From NCBI GenBank assembly GCA_041739995.1, contig JBGSMV010000059.1:90429-154428 (forward strand): a stretch of DNA of 64,000 bases, given 5' to 3'. The notes under the pieces are model-generated. The model saw only the letters and a list, made by a program, of their open reading frames with translations. It made no database searches and was not told the DNA's origin. Shown one piece after another: positions 39,446 to 48,553 of the stretch (positions are counted from its first letter, which is position 1; each line of letters starts with the position of its first letter). The translations under genes and the position numbers were made by a program. The DNA comes from Bdellovibrionota bacterium (GTDB lineage Bacteria; Bdellovibrionota_C; UBA2361; JBGSMV01).

Positions 39446-40717
39446 TTATGGATTGGCGAACGGGCCTGCCCATGCGCCATCCTCGATCACCGTGATGCGC
39501 GAGCCATCCCGACGAACGGCAACGACGGTGGTCTCCTCGTTGGATATCATGCAGTCCCGATGCACCTTGCTCTCGTTGCAGCCAATTTCAGCCTTCTGCG
39601 CTGCGCTCATGGAGGTGCCCCCGACAAGCCGGTCGGAATAGGCTCGCCCAAAGGCAATGTGACAGGCAGCGTTTTCGTCGAGCAGAACGCTCTGGAACAC
39701 GATGCCGGTGGAGAAGATTGGCGAGTCGTCGATACCGACCAACGCCACCTCACCCAGTCGCTTCGCCCCATCGTCCGTCTCCAGCATGGCCGCAAAAGCC
39801 TTGCGACCGACACGGGCAGTGAAGCGACTCACTACGCCGTCCTTGAACCACACCGTGAGACCGTCTACGGTTTGTCCGTTGATAAGCACCGGTCTCGTCA
39901 CCTGTACGCGCCCTTCAGTTCGACGGAAATCAGGGGTCGTGTAGTTCTCGAAGGTGGGGAGGTTCGCAAAGAACCTGACCCCGCCATCGTCCTGCATGCC
40001 ACCGCCAAAGCGCGCCTCAGAACTCAGACCAACCTTCAGGTTCGTGCCGGGCCCCTTGAAGATCAGATAGTCGATCTGCTGTTCATTCAAAAGACTCGAG
40101 CGCGCGGCGATTCGATCGCCCCGGGCCCACCAGCGCTTGATGTAGTCCGGATGGTGGAGTCCTAATACCTCCACCAGAGCGCGCTGAAGCTTTCTCCGAG
40201 CCGCGCCGGGAGACATCGAGGGGAAGATCAGCCTGGCCCAGTCCTCCGTTGCGAACGGAATGATGTTCCAGGGAGTGATGTTCTTGTGAAGACCCTCATC
40301 GTAGAAATGCTGGCGCGCCAACATGCGCGCCTGCTCGAAGCGCGCGACCCGCTTAGGGTCGCAGCGTGCAAGCGCCAGGGGATCGTCGACCCCCTCGATG
40401 CGAACGGTGGCACCGCGCACTGCAACCAAATCGTTCCAGCGATTCGCCCAGGTGGGCGACACATCCACCAACCCCTCGTCCGAGGCGTACTGCACATGCA
40501 GCGCGTCAAGACGAGGGGACCACAGAGTGTGGTCTACTCGACGTGCTCCGATTTTGTACGCAGCCTCACTGATGGCGCAGGTGAGTGGGTAAGCCGGGAC
40601 GGAATGGTACACGTGCACCGGCTTCCCCTCGATTCCCGCTCGGCCTCCAAATCCACACTGAACCACGAGGTCGGCCGTACGGCGGACGACATCTTGATCG
40701 GACAATGACTTTTTCAT
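39446..40717 (-). CDS. Aminopeptidase, M29 (AmpS/AmpT-type)
   Basis: FANLPTFENYTTP, LGEVALV, LLDENAACHIAFGRAY, NESKVHRD; start reassigned to MKKSLS, which has GAGGT upstream. Confidence 0.92.
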   Translation of the reverse strand: MKKSLSDQDVVRRTADLVVQCGFGGRAGIEGKPVHVYHSVPAYPLTCAISEAAYKIGARRVDHTLWSPRLDALHVQYASDEGLVDVSPTWANRWNDLVAVRGATVRIEGVDDPLALARCDPKRVARFEQARMLARQHFYDEGLHKNITPWNIIPFATEDWARLIFPSMSPGAARRKLQRALVEVLGLHHPDYIKRWWARGDRIAARSSLLNEQQIDYLIFKGPGTNLKVGLSSEARFGGGMQDDGGVRFFANLPTFENYTTPDFRRTEGRVQVTRPVLINGQTVDGLTVWFKDGVVSRFTARVGRKAFAAMLETDDGAKRLGEVALVGIDDSPIFSTGIVFQSVLLDENAACHIAFGRAYSDRLVGGTSMSAAQKAEIGCNESKVHRDCMISNEETTVVAVRRDGSRITVIEDGAWAGPFANP

Positions 40718-40866
40718 GTTACCTCGCCTTCTGGAAAAATGTCGGTCTTGTACAACAAGACACTTCGGTGTTGAGAACAGGGCATGCCGCATAATGTGCA
40801 AGCCCTACTCTCAACACCGACCAAGTTCCAGAAAGTAAAATTAAAACCCTTGATGTTCTCTGAATC

Positions 40867-40933
40867 GCCCTTTCCAAGCGCGCACCGCGCTGCAGCACCC
40901 GCAAAAGCACCATAGTGCACCCTTAGAAAGGGC
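40867..40933. repeat. Imperfect 19-bp inverted repeat
   Basis: GCCCTTTCCAAGCGCGCAC ... GTGCACCCTTAGAAAGGGC, 3 mismatches. Confidence 0.65.
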
Positions 40934-41082
40934 AATTCTCAACTGCTCATTTAGAAAATTAAAAAGATCACTACATGTAGGAAATGCAGGATGCGTTTGT
41001 AGCATCGCGTAGAAGCAAAAGCGACGAAAAGAGGGGGAGAGCTCCTCTGCCAGTAGGAGCCAAGAGTCCGTTCCAGTCGATT

Positions 41083-41670
41083 CTAGTGCGAAGCAAGACT
41101 ACGCATAATGGTCAGGGCGGGATCTCTCCCCCACTCTCTTGGCCCAATCACTCTCACCACTGGCTCTCCGGAATCAGGATCGCTGAACATCATTAATTTT
41201 CCACTGCCATCGACCACGAAGCTTTCAGGAAATCCAACCAAGTGGAAAGCGGACTTAGAAAGCCCCTTTTGGTCTCTCACTATAGGGAAAGTCAAATTAA
41301 AGCGTCGTTGAACCTTCATTAGATTTTCAGCGCTGTCATCGATGCCGATTGCGACTACACTAAAATTAGTAGCGCTAAGCTGGTCATGCAGTTTCTGCAA
41401 CTCCGGCATTTCAGCCACGCACGGAGCGCACCAAGAAGCCCAGAAGTTAACTAGCAAGGTTTTCCCGGCGAGAGAATCAAGCGAGAAGCTCTCGCCTGCT
41501 AAAGTTTCAAAGTCAGAAATCGGTAGCCGCTTGCCTGGGGCGAGGCCACGTTCGCCTTCGCTGCGACAGCCAGCCATGCAACACAGAAACAACACACCCA
41601 GAGCACAGCACAATAAATGCGCCCAAGAGACCCATGAGATCGGTGAAGAGTTGGACGAAGCTTTGCTCAT
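41083..41670 (-). CDS. TlpA-family thioredoxin-like lipoprotein
   Basis: MAGC lipobox-like, NFWASWCAPCVAEMP, GFPESFVVD. Confidence 0.92.
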   Translation of the reverse strand: MSKASSNSSPISWVSWAHLLCCALGVLFLCCMAGCRSEGERGLAPGKRLPISDFETLAGESFSLDSLAGKTLLVNFWASWCAPCVAEMPELQKLHDQLSATNFSVVAIGIDDSAENLMKVQRRFNLTFPIVRDQKGLSKSAFHLVGFPESFVVDGSGKLMMFSDPDSGEPVVRVIGPREWGRDPALTIMRSLASH

Positions 41671-41847
41671 AGTCGATTACATCAATCTTTAGCCACTCAC
41701 CTGTCAACCGCCCAATACAGAGAAGCAAGGCTCCCGAATCATGACGCAAGAGCACGCTCGCGACCCGTGTACGCCCAGCGTGAGTCTGAAAGGAGGAGGT
41801 ATAACAGGTAAGCCCTCACCCAAGGTGAGGGGCGCTGCCCAAAGAGC

Positions 41848-42096
41848 CTAGCTACTGGAGGCTTCTGGAGCCGCATCGGCAGCAGGAGTAGCGCCAGTTT
41901 TTGCGTACTTGCGCTTAAAGCGATCTACACGCCCTTCAGCATCAACGAGTTTTTGCTTACCGGTGTAAAACGGATGACAGGCCGAGCAAACGTTAACGCG
42001 AATTTCAGAGATGGTTGAACCCGTGGTGAAAGTGCCTCCGCAACCGCCGCAAACAACATTAGCTTGGAAATACTCAGGGTGAATCTGGGGTTTCAT
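41848..42096 (-). CDS. rpmE: 50S ribosomal protein L31 (zinc-binding type)
   Basis: [31 protein letters not shown]. Confidence 0.97.
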   Translation of the reverse strand: MKPQIHPEYFQANVVCGGCGGTFTTGSTISEIRVNVCSACHPFYTGKQKLVDAEGRVDRFKRKYAKTGATPAADAAPEASSS

Positions 42097-42137
42097 AAAA
42101 AATCCTTAAATCTCGAACGAGCTAATCAGTAAGCGCA

Positions 42138-42165
42138 AACTTCGGAAGCACAACTTCGGAAGCAC
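42138..42165. repeat. Tandem 14-bp repeat AACTTCGGAAGCAC x2 in the rpmE upstream region
   Basis: Exact copies at 42138 and 42152. Confidence 0.7.
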
Positions 42166-42291
42166 AGAGTTCGAAAACTCAAATAGGCAGCCTAATCGTA
42201 AGCGCCTATATTTGCTGCGGTAATATGACCGAACTACGGCTGATGGTCAAATAGCTCCGACATCCAGCAGCTTAGGGGCACCGATCGAGCG

Positions 42292-42843
42292 CTATTTTGT
42301 GGCCCCCCGCAAGGCCTCAACGAAATCAGCGGGGGGCGCGACACCACGAAGCGTGGCCTGGGAAACAAATACCTGCGTAATGAAAGCCTCAATCGCAATT
42401 TTTCCACGCTCAGCACAACCGCCATCCGCCGGTGATGAGGCCGGAAGCTCAACCCACTGTGAGAGCCAAAACTCCTTGCCTCTTGAGGCCCGTTCGACTG
42501 GCCAGTCCCGCCTACCAAATCCGAACTCATCAATACCGAGAGTTACGTCACCAACACGAAGCTCCCGTAGATATGAAACCTCAACTTTGGTCACCATTAG
42601 CAGTAGCCCTTCGGTCAGGAACTTCTCTAGAGAATAGCCCATATGCTCAAGCCAGCGTGTGCGGCCGATTTCAAGCACTCTAAGCGCATCGGCATGATGC
42701 ACATGCTGGTATGCGTTATTGGTCAGATCCATTCCGATTTGGGCTGAGCAGGAGAATATAGGAGCACCGGCCAAGCTGCTTTCAGTTCTGTCTGCCATTT
42801 TCTTTAAACCTCTCATCACTTTGCATTCTTTACGGCCGCCCAA
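42292..42843 (-). CDS. Acyl-CoA thioesterase (YbgC/4HBT-like hotdog fold); start uncertain
   Basis: NAYQHVHHADALRVLEIGRTRWL, VEVSYLREL. Confidence 0.75.
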   Translation of the reverse strand: MGGRKECKVMRGLKKMADRTESSLAGAPIFSCSAQIGMDLTNNAYQHVHHADALRVLEIGRTRWLEHMGYSLEKFLTEGLLLMVTKVEVSYLRELRVGDVTLGIDEFGFGRRDWPVERASRGKEFWLSQWVELPASSPADGGCAERGKIAIEAFITQVFVSQATLRGVAPPADFVEALRGATK

Positions 42844-42943
42844 GACGGATTCAGGCGCCAGCTACAGCGAAAAGCCTCCAGGGCGATAAACAGCTACTGC
42901 CTATTTCCGGTTTATTGTATCCAGCAACTAGCAATAACTGCCT

Positions 42944-43082
42944 GGGGTCCTGAGTTAAAAGTTCGTTTAAGTATCTTTCTCGCTGTTCTCGTTGAGCTCA
43001 TTGTGTAATTCATTAACTATATTCACAAAGAGACCAGCGAGCGCGGCGAGAATTGTTCAACGAACTCTTAATTGAGAACACC
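42944..43082 (+). mobile_element. MITE-like hairpin repeat, family A, copy 3
   Basis: GTCCTGAGTTAAAAGTTCGTTTAAGTAT ... TTCAACGAACTCTTAATTGAGAACAC; aligns with the other two copies. Confidence 0.78.
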
Positions 43083-43137
43083 AGCCGCCTGGTATATTCC
43101 GAGCGGACATCATTACCTGCCACTGGTAAGGAAAATT

Positions 43138-44469
43138 ATGACAGAAAGCATGTCCGAGCAGCAACTTCAGCTTAGCCATTCCAAACGAATGAAGAAGCTT
43201 CTTGACCTGCTGAGCGCCCAGTCGGCGACCAGTGGCCTTCTGCTATCTTCGTCCAGCAGAAAGGTTCGTTCTGGCGATCAAGACTACCCCTTTCATCAGA
43301 ATCGAGACTTCCTGTACCTGACTGGCTGCGAAGATGAAGGTTTAGTGTTGCTCGTGCATCCCAGCCAATCGAAATCAAAGAAGACTACATTTCAAGTTAC
43401 CCTGCTTGCGCAACCAACAGACAAGAACCGAGTGCTGTGGGAAGGGCGTAGCTCAAACGTGCAAGGCATCGCCAAGTCCATAGGCGCTGAGCTCGTCGTA
43501 ACCAAAGACTTCGACGCAGAGGTCAGAACCCGCCTTAAGCATACCGAGCGCCTATTTATTTCAAATGAGCGAGACTCGCGCGCCTGGGCCATGGCGCAGC
43601 GCCTCATGTCGATTCCAAGCCATCTCAGAAAGCAAGTGCCCCAGCAGTTCCATCTAGCTGACGAACTCCTCACTCCGTTACGAGTTCGTAAAGATGCAGC
43701 TGAGTTGCGCCTAATTGAAGAGGCCGCCGCGATTACCAACAGCGCGCTCTTTGACACAGTACCTCTGCTTGCAACCGGAGTAAGTGAGACTTTCGTTGCG
43801 GCAGGACTAGATTTCTTCTTTCAGACCAGAGGAGCGACCCCGGGCTTTCAAACCATCGTTGCCAGCGGACGTAACGCGGCGACCTTGCACCACCGACCTT
43901 CTGCCAAGAAAAACTTGCGAAACGGAGAGCTGCTTTTGATTGATTGCGGGGCTTGCCTCCATGGCTACAGCGCTGACATCACTCGGACGCTCCCACTCTC
44001 CGGAAGCTTCACCCCGATTCAACGCGTAATCTACAATGGAGTGCTCAGAGCCCAGACGGCAGCGTTTCACTCTATTCGTGCCGGATCACTGGTACGTAGC
44101 GTGTTTCTGGCCGCGGCCGAAGAACTGACAGAGACCTTGAAGGAAATAAAAGTCTTGCGCGGCAAGACGTCAGCCCTGGTAAAATCTCGCGCCTTTGCAC
44201 CCTACTTCCCACACGGCATCGGTCATACCCTTGGCCTTGATGTTCACGATGTAGGAAACCTAAGGGGAAATGAAGACGCGGTGTTTCAAGAGGGAATGAT
44301 TTTCACCGTTGAGCCGGGGCTGTATTTTCCAAAGCCGATAGGAAAGGTTCCTGCACTAGGCATCAGGATTGAAGACGACGTGCTTGTTACTAAGCAAGGA
44401 TGCGAAATCATCACCGAAGGCTTTCCAAAAGAGATCGACGAGGTCGAAGCACTCATGGCGCCGTCCTAG
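43138..44469 (+). CDS. pepP: Xaa-Pro aminopeptidase (M24B)
   Basis: DFLYLTG, LIDCG, YSADITRT, PHGIGHTLGLDVHD, TVEPGLY, GIRIEDD; start reassigned to ATG 43138 (AAGGA upstream) because the track start lies inside the repeat. Confidence 0.93.
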   Translation: MTESMSEQQLQLSHSKRMKKLLDLLSAQSATSGLLLSSSSRKVRSGDQDYPFHQNRDFLYLTGCEDEGLVLLVHPSQSKSKKTTFQVTLLAQPTDKNRVLWEGRSSNVQGIAKSIGAELVVTKDFDAEVRTRLKHTERLFISNERDSRAWAMAQRLMSIPSHLRKQVPQQFHLADELLTPLRVRKDAAELRLIEEAAAITNSALFDTVPLLATGVSETFVAAGLDFFFQTRGATPGFQTIVASGRNAATLHHRPSAKKNLRNGELLLIDCGACLHGYSADITRTLPLSGSFTPIQRVIYNGVLRAQTAAFHSIRAGSLVRSVFLAAAEELTETLKEIKVLRGKTSALVKSRAFAPYFPHGIGHTLGLDVHDVGNLRGNEDAVFQEGMIFTVEPGLYFPKPIGKVPALGIRIEDDVLVTKQGCEIITEGFPKEIDEVEALMAPS

Positions 44470-46169
44470 GTCGCCGCACTCTGTCCGGTCACCGGGCCTG
44501 AAGACGCGGCTGCCTTCAGCTCATCAAAGAGCCTCGCCTTGAGTGCGCTTAGTCCTTCTCCAGTTTTGGCAGAAATAGCACAGGCGTCTAGCTCGCGCGT
44601 AAGCGCCGCCACCTGATCCTCGTCGACAAGGTCGCACTTATTAAGCACCATCAACTGCTTGCAACCTGAAAGTTCCATTTCACGCAGAATGCTGTCTACG
44701 GCTTCTCTGCGATCAGGGAGCTCTGGGTCCGACGCATCAAGCACATGAATCAAAATCGCTGCGCTGTACAGTTCTTCCAAAGTCGCGCGAAACGCGTTCT
44801 TCAAAGCGGCAGGAAGTCTACGGATGAATCCCACCGTATCGCTTAGCACCACCTCGAGACCCCGCTCGTACACTGTCTCACTTAAACCCGCAGCTCCCGC
44901 ACCAAGATAAATCTGCCTTTGAGCGGGATCTAAGGTAGCGAACAGCTTATTCTCAGAAAGCACTGACGCACCGGTGAGCGCGTTAAACAGCGTAGATTTT
45001 CCTACATTGGTATAGCCAAGAATAGAAACCAACGGGACGTCACGACCTTGGCGCTTTTGTCGACGTAGTTTTCTCTGTCCACTAAGCGTGTCGATACGTT
45101 TCTCGAGGTCGGCAATTCGATCGCGAATACGACGTCGCCCAATTTCAAGTTTGGTCTCACCGGGACCACGTCCTCCGATGCCGCCGGTAAGACGCGAAAG
45201 TCCAGCGTCCTTCTCAACTAGTCGAGGTAAATTGTATTCCAACTGCGCAAGTTCAACTTGCAGTCGCCCTTCGCTGCTCTGAGCGCGCTGGGCAAAGATG
45301 TCTAGAATCAGCATGCTGCGGTCAAGAACCTTCAGCTCAGTAGCATTCGTAATTGCTCGCCACTGTGAAGGCCGAAGATCGTTATCAAAAAGGATTATAT
45401 CTGCGCCAACGCGAAGACAGCGCAACACCACCTCTTCTATCTTACCCTTTCCGAGCAATGTGCGTGGGTCTGGATCTTTGCGCTGCAGTACTCGATCCAC
45501 CACTTCTACTCCAGCGGTACGCGCGAGCTCACTCAGTTCGTCCATCGAACTTTGAGCGGACGAAAACTTACGAGGATGCACACCGACCAGCATGGCGCGC
45601 ATCATTCCGGTTCTTACTTGAACCGCTCGTTCCTCTTGAAGCTCAGACTCAAGATTCTCCATGAGCAAACTAAAATCTGGCTGGTCGCGAGCCAGGTCCG
45701 CCAACTGCTCAGTACGAACCGCGCGGTCTTGCACTTGGGCGGTTGGAATAAGATGGGCATAGGCAGCCTGAGTACTGCCCTGATGCACGCGAACGCCTAC
45801 CACCATATCAAGGCGAAGCTTCTCAAGGTCGGTATAAATATCTGTAGGGATATGGACCTGCTCGTGGTTGGTCAGGTCGCTGAAGATCAAACGCAGGCGT
45901 CTCAACCTTCCCGCTCCGTAACGATAGCGTCCGAGATCTGGCAGGTAGAGGATTTCTTTGGTGCCAATGCACACTTCCTGCACGTCGCCCTCACGCGACA
46001 ATAGGATTCCGATTCGTCGACGAAGCGTTGACGCCAGAGTAAAGAGCTCTCGCGCCAAGTCTAAAGAAACTATCTCTTCGGCCGAGACTCGCCGTCCACC
46101 TAATTTTCTGAGAGCGCGCAACTCTGATGAGGCCAGACCGCGCGTGTTGCCCGTTAACTCGGAAGTCAT
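44466..46169 (-). CDS. hflX: GTPase HflX (long form)
   Basis: LILDIFAQRA, GGRGPGETKLE, GYTNVGKS, LFATLD, DTVGF, NKCD. Confidence 0.96.
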   Translation of the reverse strand: MTSELTGNTRGLASSELRALRKLGGRRVSAEEIVSLDLARELFTLASTLRRRIGILLSREGDVQEVCIGTKEILYLPDLGRYRYGAGRLRRLRLIFSDLTNHEQVHIPTDIYTDLEKLRLDMVVGVRVHQGSTQAAYAHLIPTAQVQDRAVRTEQLADLARDQPDFSLLMENLESELQEERAVQVRTGMMRAMLVGVHPRKFSSAQSSMDELSELARTAGVEVVDRVLQRKDPDPRTLLGKGKIEEVVLRCLRVGADIILFDNDLRPSQWRAITNATELKVLDRSMLILDIFAQRAQSSEGRLQVELAQLEYNLPRLVEKDAGLSRLTGGIGGRGPGETKLEIGRRRIRDRIADLEKRIDTLSGQRKLRRQKRQGRDVPLVSILGYTNVGKSTLFNALTGASVLSENKLFATLDPAQRQIYLGAGAAGLSETVYERGLEVVLSDTVGFIRRLPAALKNAFRATLEELYSAAILIHVLDASDPELPDRREAVDSILREMELSGCKQLMVLNKCDLVDEDQVAALTRELDACAISAKTGEGLSALKARLFDELKAAASSGPVTGQSAAT

Positions 46170-46374
46170 AAATCTCGATTGATTAGACCAGTGTAAAACC
46201 CGAAACGGGACGCACCACCGGCCGAACTGTTACTCGAGGTTATTATCCAATAGGTCTTTGACAAAAGCGAACTCTAGGGCCTAGGCGCGATTAAAACGAA
46301 GAGACTACCGTGCAATATCGCTCCAGTAACTCAGGCCTCACACATAGAAAGAAAGCACCCTCTCTCCTGCTAAG

Positions 46375-46644
46375 TTAGGCCGTTCGGAGCTGCCTCAATA
46401 TATTCGAAGCTCGATCATCAGTTAGTAATGCGGTGAGGCTCTTCGGAAAGCTTCCCGTTAGTCCGCAGACGTCGCTGATAAAGTCTCTATCTGAGAGGGA
46501 TAGGCAATCAAGAGCTTCTGACACTTCGGCGGAGAAAGCCGCTGAAGCCGGCGGATAGACCTTCATTTCCGTTTCGGAAGCGGGATGCGAAGCGGAATCT
46601 TGATCGTCATTAGTTGCTTGCTTAGGAGATTCCAGTAAATGCAT
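46375..46644 (-). CDS. Small hypothetical protein (89 aa), weakly sigma-70 region-4-like
   Basis: Strong Shine-Dalgarno AAGGAGG shortly before the ATG; EALDCLSLSDRDFISDVCGL..PKSL..ILRQLR pattern. Confidence 0.65.
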   Translation of the reverse strand: MHLLESPKQATNDDQDSASHPASETEMKVYPPASAAFSAEVSEALDCLSLSDRDFISDVCGLTGSFPKSLTALLTDDRASNILRQLRTA

Positions 46645-47110
46645 ATTTCCTCCTTGTCTTGTTACTTCTTCAGCATGGTACCAATCACTCAGTTGTTCAA
46701 GGTGCGCAGGACCGGGACCTGATCTACGTCATGTACTAGCTTACACCGTAAACAATTGCCGCTTTACATCTCGTCTACGTATCGCTGAGATTTGTGGTGC
46801 ATCCTCAGTGACCGACACCTAGTTCAGCCCACGGTGTCGCACATTGCCCTTTTCAAAAACGTTGGCCCCTCTTCCAAAATCGAATTTTAGCAATTCGAGC
46901 TCGACAGTGTTGTGGTCGAGACGGACGCGCAGGTCACCGCTTGATCAATGAAGCGCACGATCGAGTGACAGGGAGAGACCGCGATTTAATGTCTGGGTCG
47001 TGGCCGCCACAAGCGCTCTCTAAGAATAATGAACGAGGATAATGCGTCAGATACTCAAGGCATCAAACAAAATTGGTTTTGATCTCCGGCGAAGCAAAAG
47101 GACCTGAGTG

Positions 47111-48553
47111 TTATTTCGCTCCCGTGGGCTCCACGACTTCAGCAGCGTCTGCCAGATTCTTAGCGAATTGCGGATTCGAACCAAAATGAAGAAATCTAAA
47201 CGTAGCAAAAATCTGAGCCCCGGGAGAAAACCCTTCAGGCACCGGCACTCCGCCGCCACGGGCGATTTTCAGCGCCTTAAGCATGCGTTCTTCCTTTTTG
47301 GTCTTCCACTCCCCAGTGCAAATCCCGCGCACTACTAAGCCTGGTCGACCCAAAACAGACTCTTCATAGGTAACCGCCTCCTCGTAGTGCAAGCCGGTGC
47401 GCTCAGCCAGGGAGCTCATTGGCAATAGACCCACACCTGGAACAGGCTCCGTTGCCCCCTCTGGCTTAAAATCCCTAGACAGATAGGCCGTACTCGCCCC
47501 CTCAGCGTAAATGACGCCACCACGTTCGGCGAAATCCCTGAGAGCCTCGATCATATTGCGGTTACGCGAGAGCTCACCGGCATACTCTGCAAGACAAGCG
47601 CCGCTCAAATACACCGCACCGATTTTTTTCGGTAAGCCCTCATCGGCCAGCGGAGAAAAAGTAACAAGTTCTGCCCCGTAGTAGCGAAGCCATTCGAGGT
47701 TATCCTGAAACATCAGATGGAAGCAGCTATCCTCACTGACCGCGATTCGGCAGCGTCGATGCATTGGCTCATACGAGAAATCAACTATCGAGACCGCCGG
47801 AGCAAGCTCCGCCTTCTCCATCAAAGCTTGTATGTCTATGTTGGAGCCCACCTGAGTCTGCAGGTCGATAAAGAATTGGCGAGGCAGTAGCGTCTCGTTA
47901 CGCTCTTGGGTCGGCGGACTATGTGGAAACGTACAACCGTGATCGAACTCGGGCATAAACCCAATTGGCGGATTCATGCCAAATGCTGCAAAGGCTTTCC
48001 CGAAATATGCGGCATCGACCGTTTCCTTAGATACCGCGCCTTCCGCCGCAATTCGGTCCACTCGATTTAGAATTGAGCCTGCTAATTCGAAGCCCCCATC
48101 CGCCCTGGCACCCCCAGCGAGCGTCGAAAAGCCCTTTTCAACTGCGGCTACGCTTCCGCCATAGCCGCGTGCGTCGACGACAAGTGCGACAGGACTCTTC
48201 GTCAACGCAGCCATTTCAGCATCAGTGCCATCAAAACTGCCGACCTGTGGACCGTCAAAGAGCCCATCTTGGCCGTCGATGATGACGTAGTCGGCCCCTA
48301 CTCCGGCTTGAAACAGCGAAATGAGAATTTGCTCTGTGTTTAAAAGTCGCGGGTCCAGACAGCGCGCCGAACGCCCAACGGCTCTTTTTAGAATTGCAGC
48401 CTGCCCAAGGCGGGGGCCAAGCACGACACAAGACACACTGTGCCGGCGCCTCCTCAGCTCATAGGCGAGCCCCAACGCGATGGTCGACTTCCCGACTCCG
48501 CGCCCAGTCCCAGAGATTATGACTCTTGGAATTCCAAGGGTAACCGCACTCAT
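47111..48553 (-). CDS. Cobyrinate a,c-diamide synthase (CobB/CbiA)-like protein with degenerate glutaminase domain
   Basis: GTGRGVGKST P-loop, DGQDGLFDG, PVALVVDARG, GAELVTFSPLADE; YAEGAS in place of the usual YAECGG. Confidence 0.82.
   Translation of the reverse strand: MSAVTLGIPRVIISGTGRGVGKSTIALGLAYELRRRRHSVSCVVLGPRLGQAAILKRAVGRSARCLDPRLLNTEQILISLFQAGVGADYVIIDGQDGLFDGPQVGSFDGTDAEMAALTKSPVALVVDARGYGGSVAAVEKGFSTLAGGARADGGFELAGSILNRVDRIAAEGAVSKETVDAAYFGKAFAAFGMNPPIGFMPEFDHGCTFPHSPPTQERNETLLPRQFFIDLQTQVGSNIDIQALMEKAELAPAVSIVDFSYEPMHRRCRIAVSEDSCFHLMFQDNLEWLRYYGAELVTFSPLADEGLPKKIGAVYLSGACLAEYAGELSRNRNMIEALRDFAERGGVIYAEGASTAYLSRDFKPEGATEPVPGVGLLPMSSLAERTGLHYEEAVTYEESVLGRPGLVVRGICTGEWKTKKEERMLKALKIARGGGVPVPEGFSPGAQIFATFRFLHFGSNPQFAKNLADAAEVVEPTGAK

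Noticed and set aside
39389..40165. 258-aa plus-strand ORF and many other overlapping ORFs in the track
   Set aside because: They are antisense or alternate-frame shadows of well-supported genes and have no recognisable motifs.
41813..41831. Hairpin CCCTCACC-caa-GGTGAGGG after rpmE as an intrinsic terminator
   Set aside because: The stem is good but there is no U-tract on the coding strand, so it was not called.
46191..46214. GTAAAACCCGAAACGGGACGCA, resembling part of a c-di-GMP-I riboswitch
   Set aside because: The second stem is missing and the motif is on the strand opposite to the adjacent hflX gene.
46690..46710. CACCTTGAAC on the minus strand, reminiscent of 6S RNA
   Set aside because: The complementary GTTCAAG arm and the long closing rod could not be found; kept only as an unassigned structured region.
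47111..48553. Calling this gene cobB/cbiA and inferring cobalamin synthesis
   Set aside because: The catalytic Cys motif is lost and no other corrin genes are present in the window.
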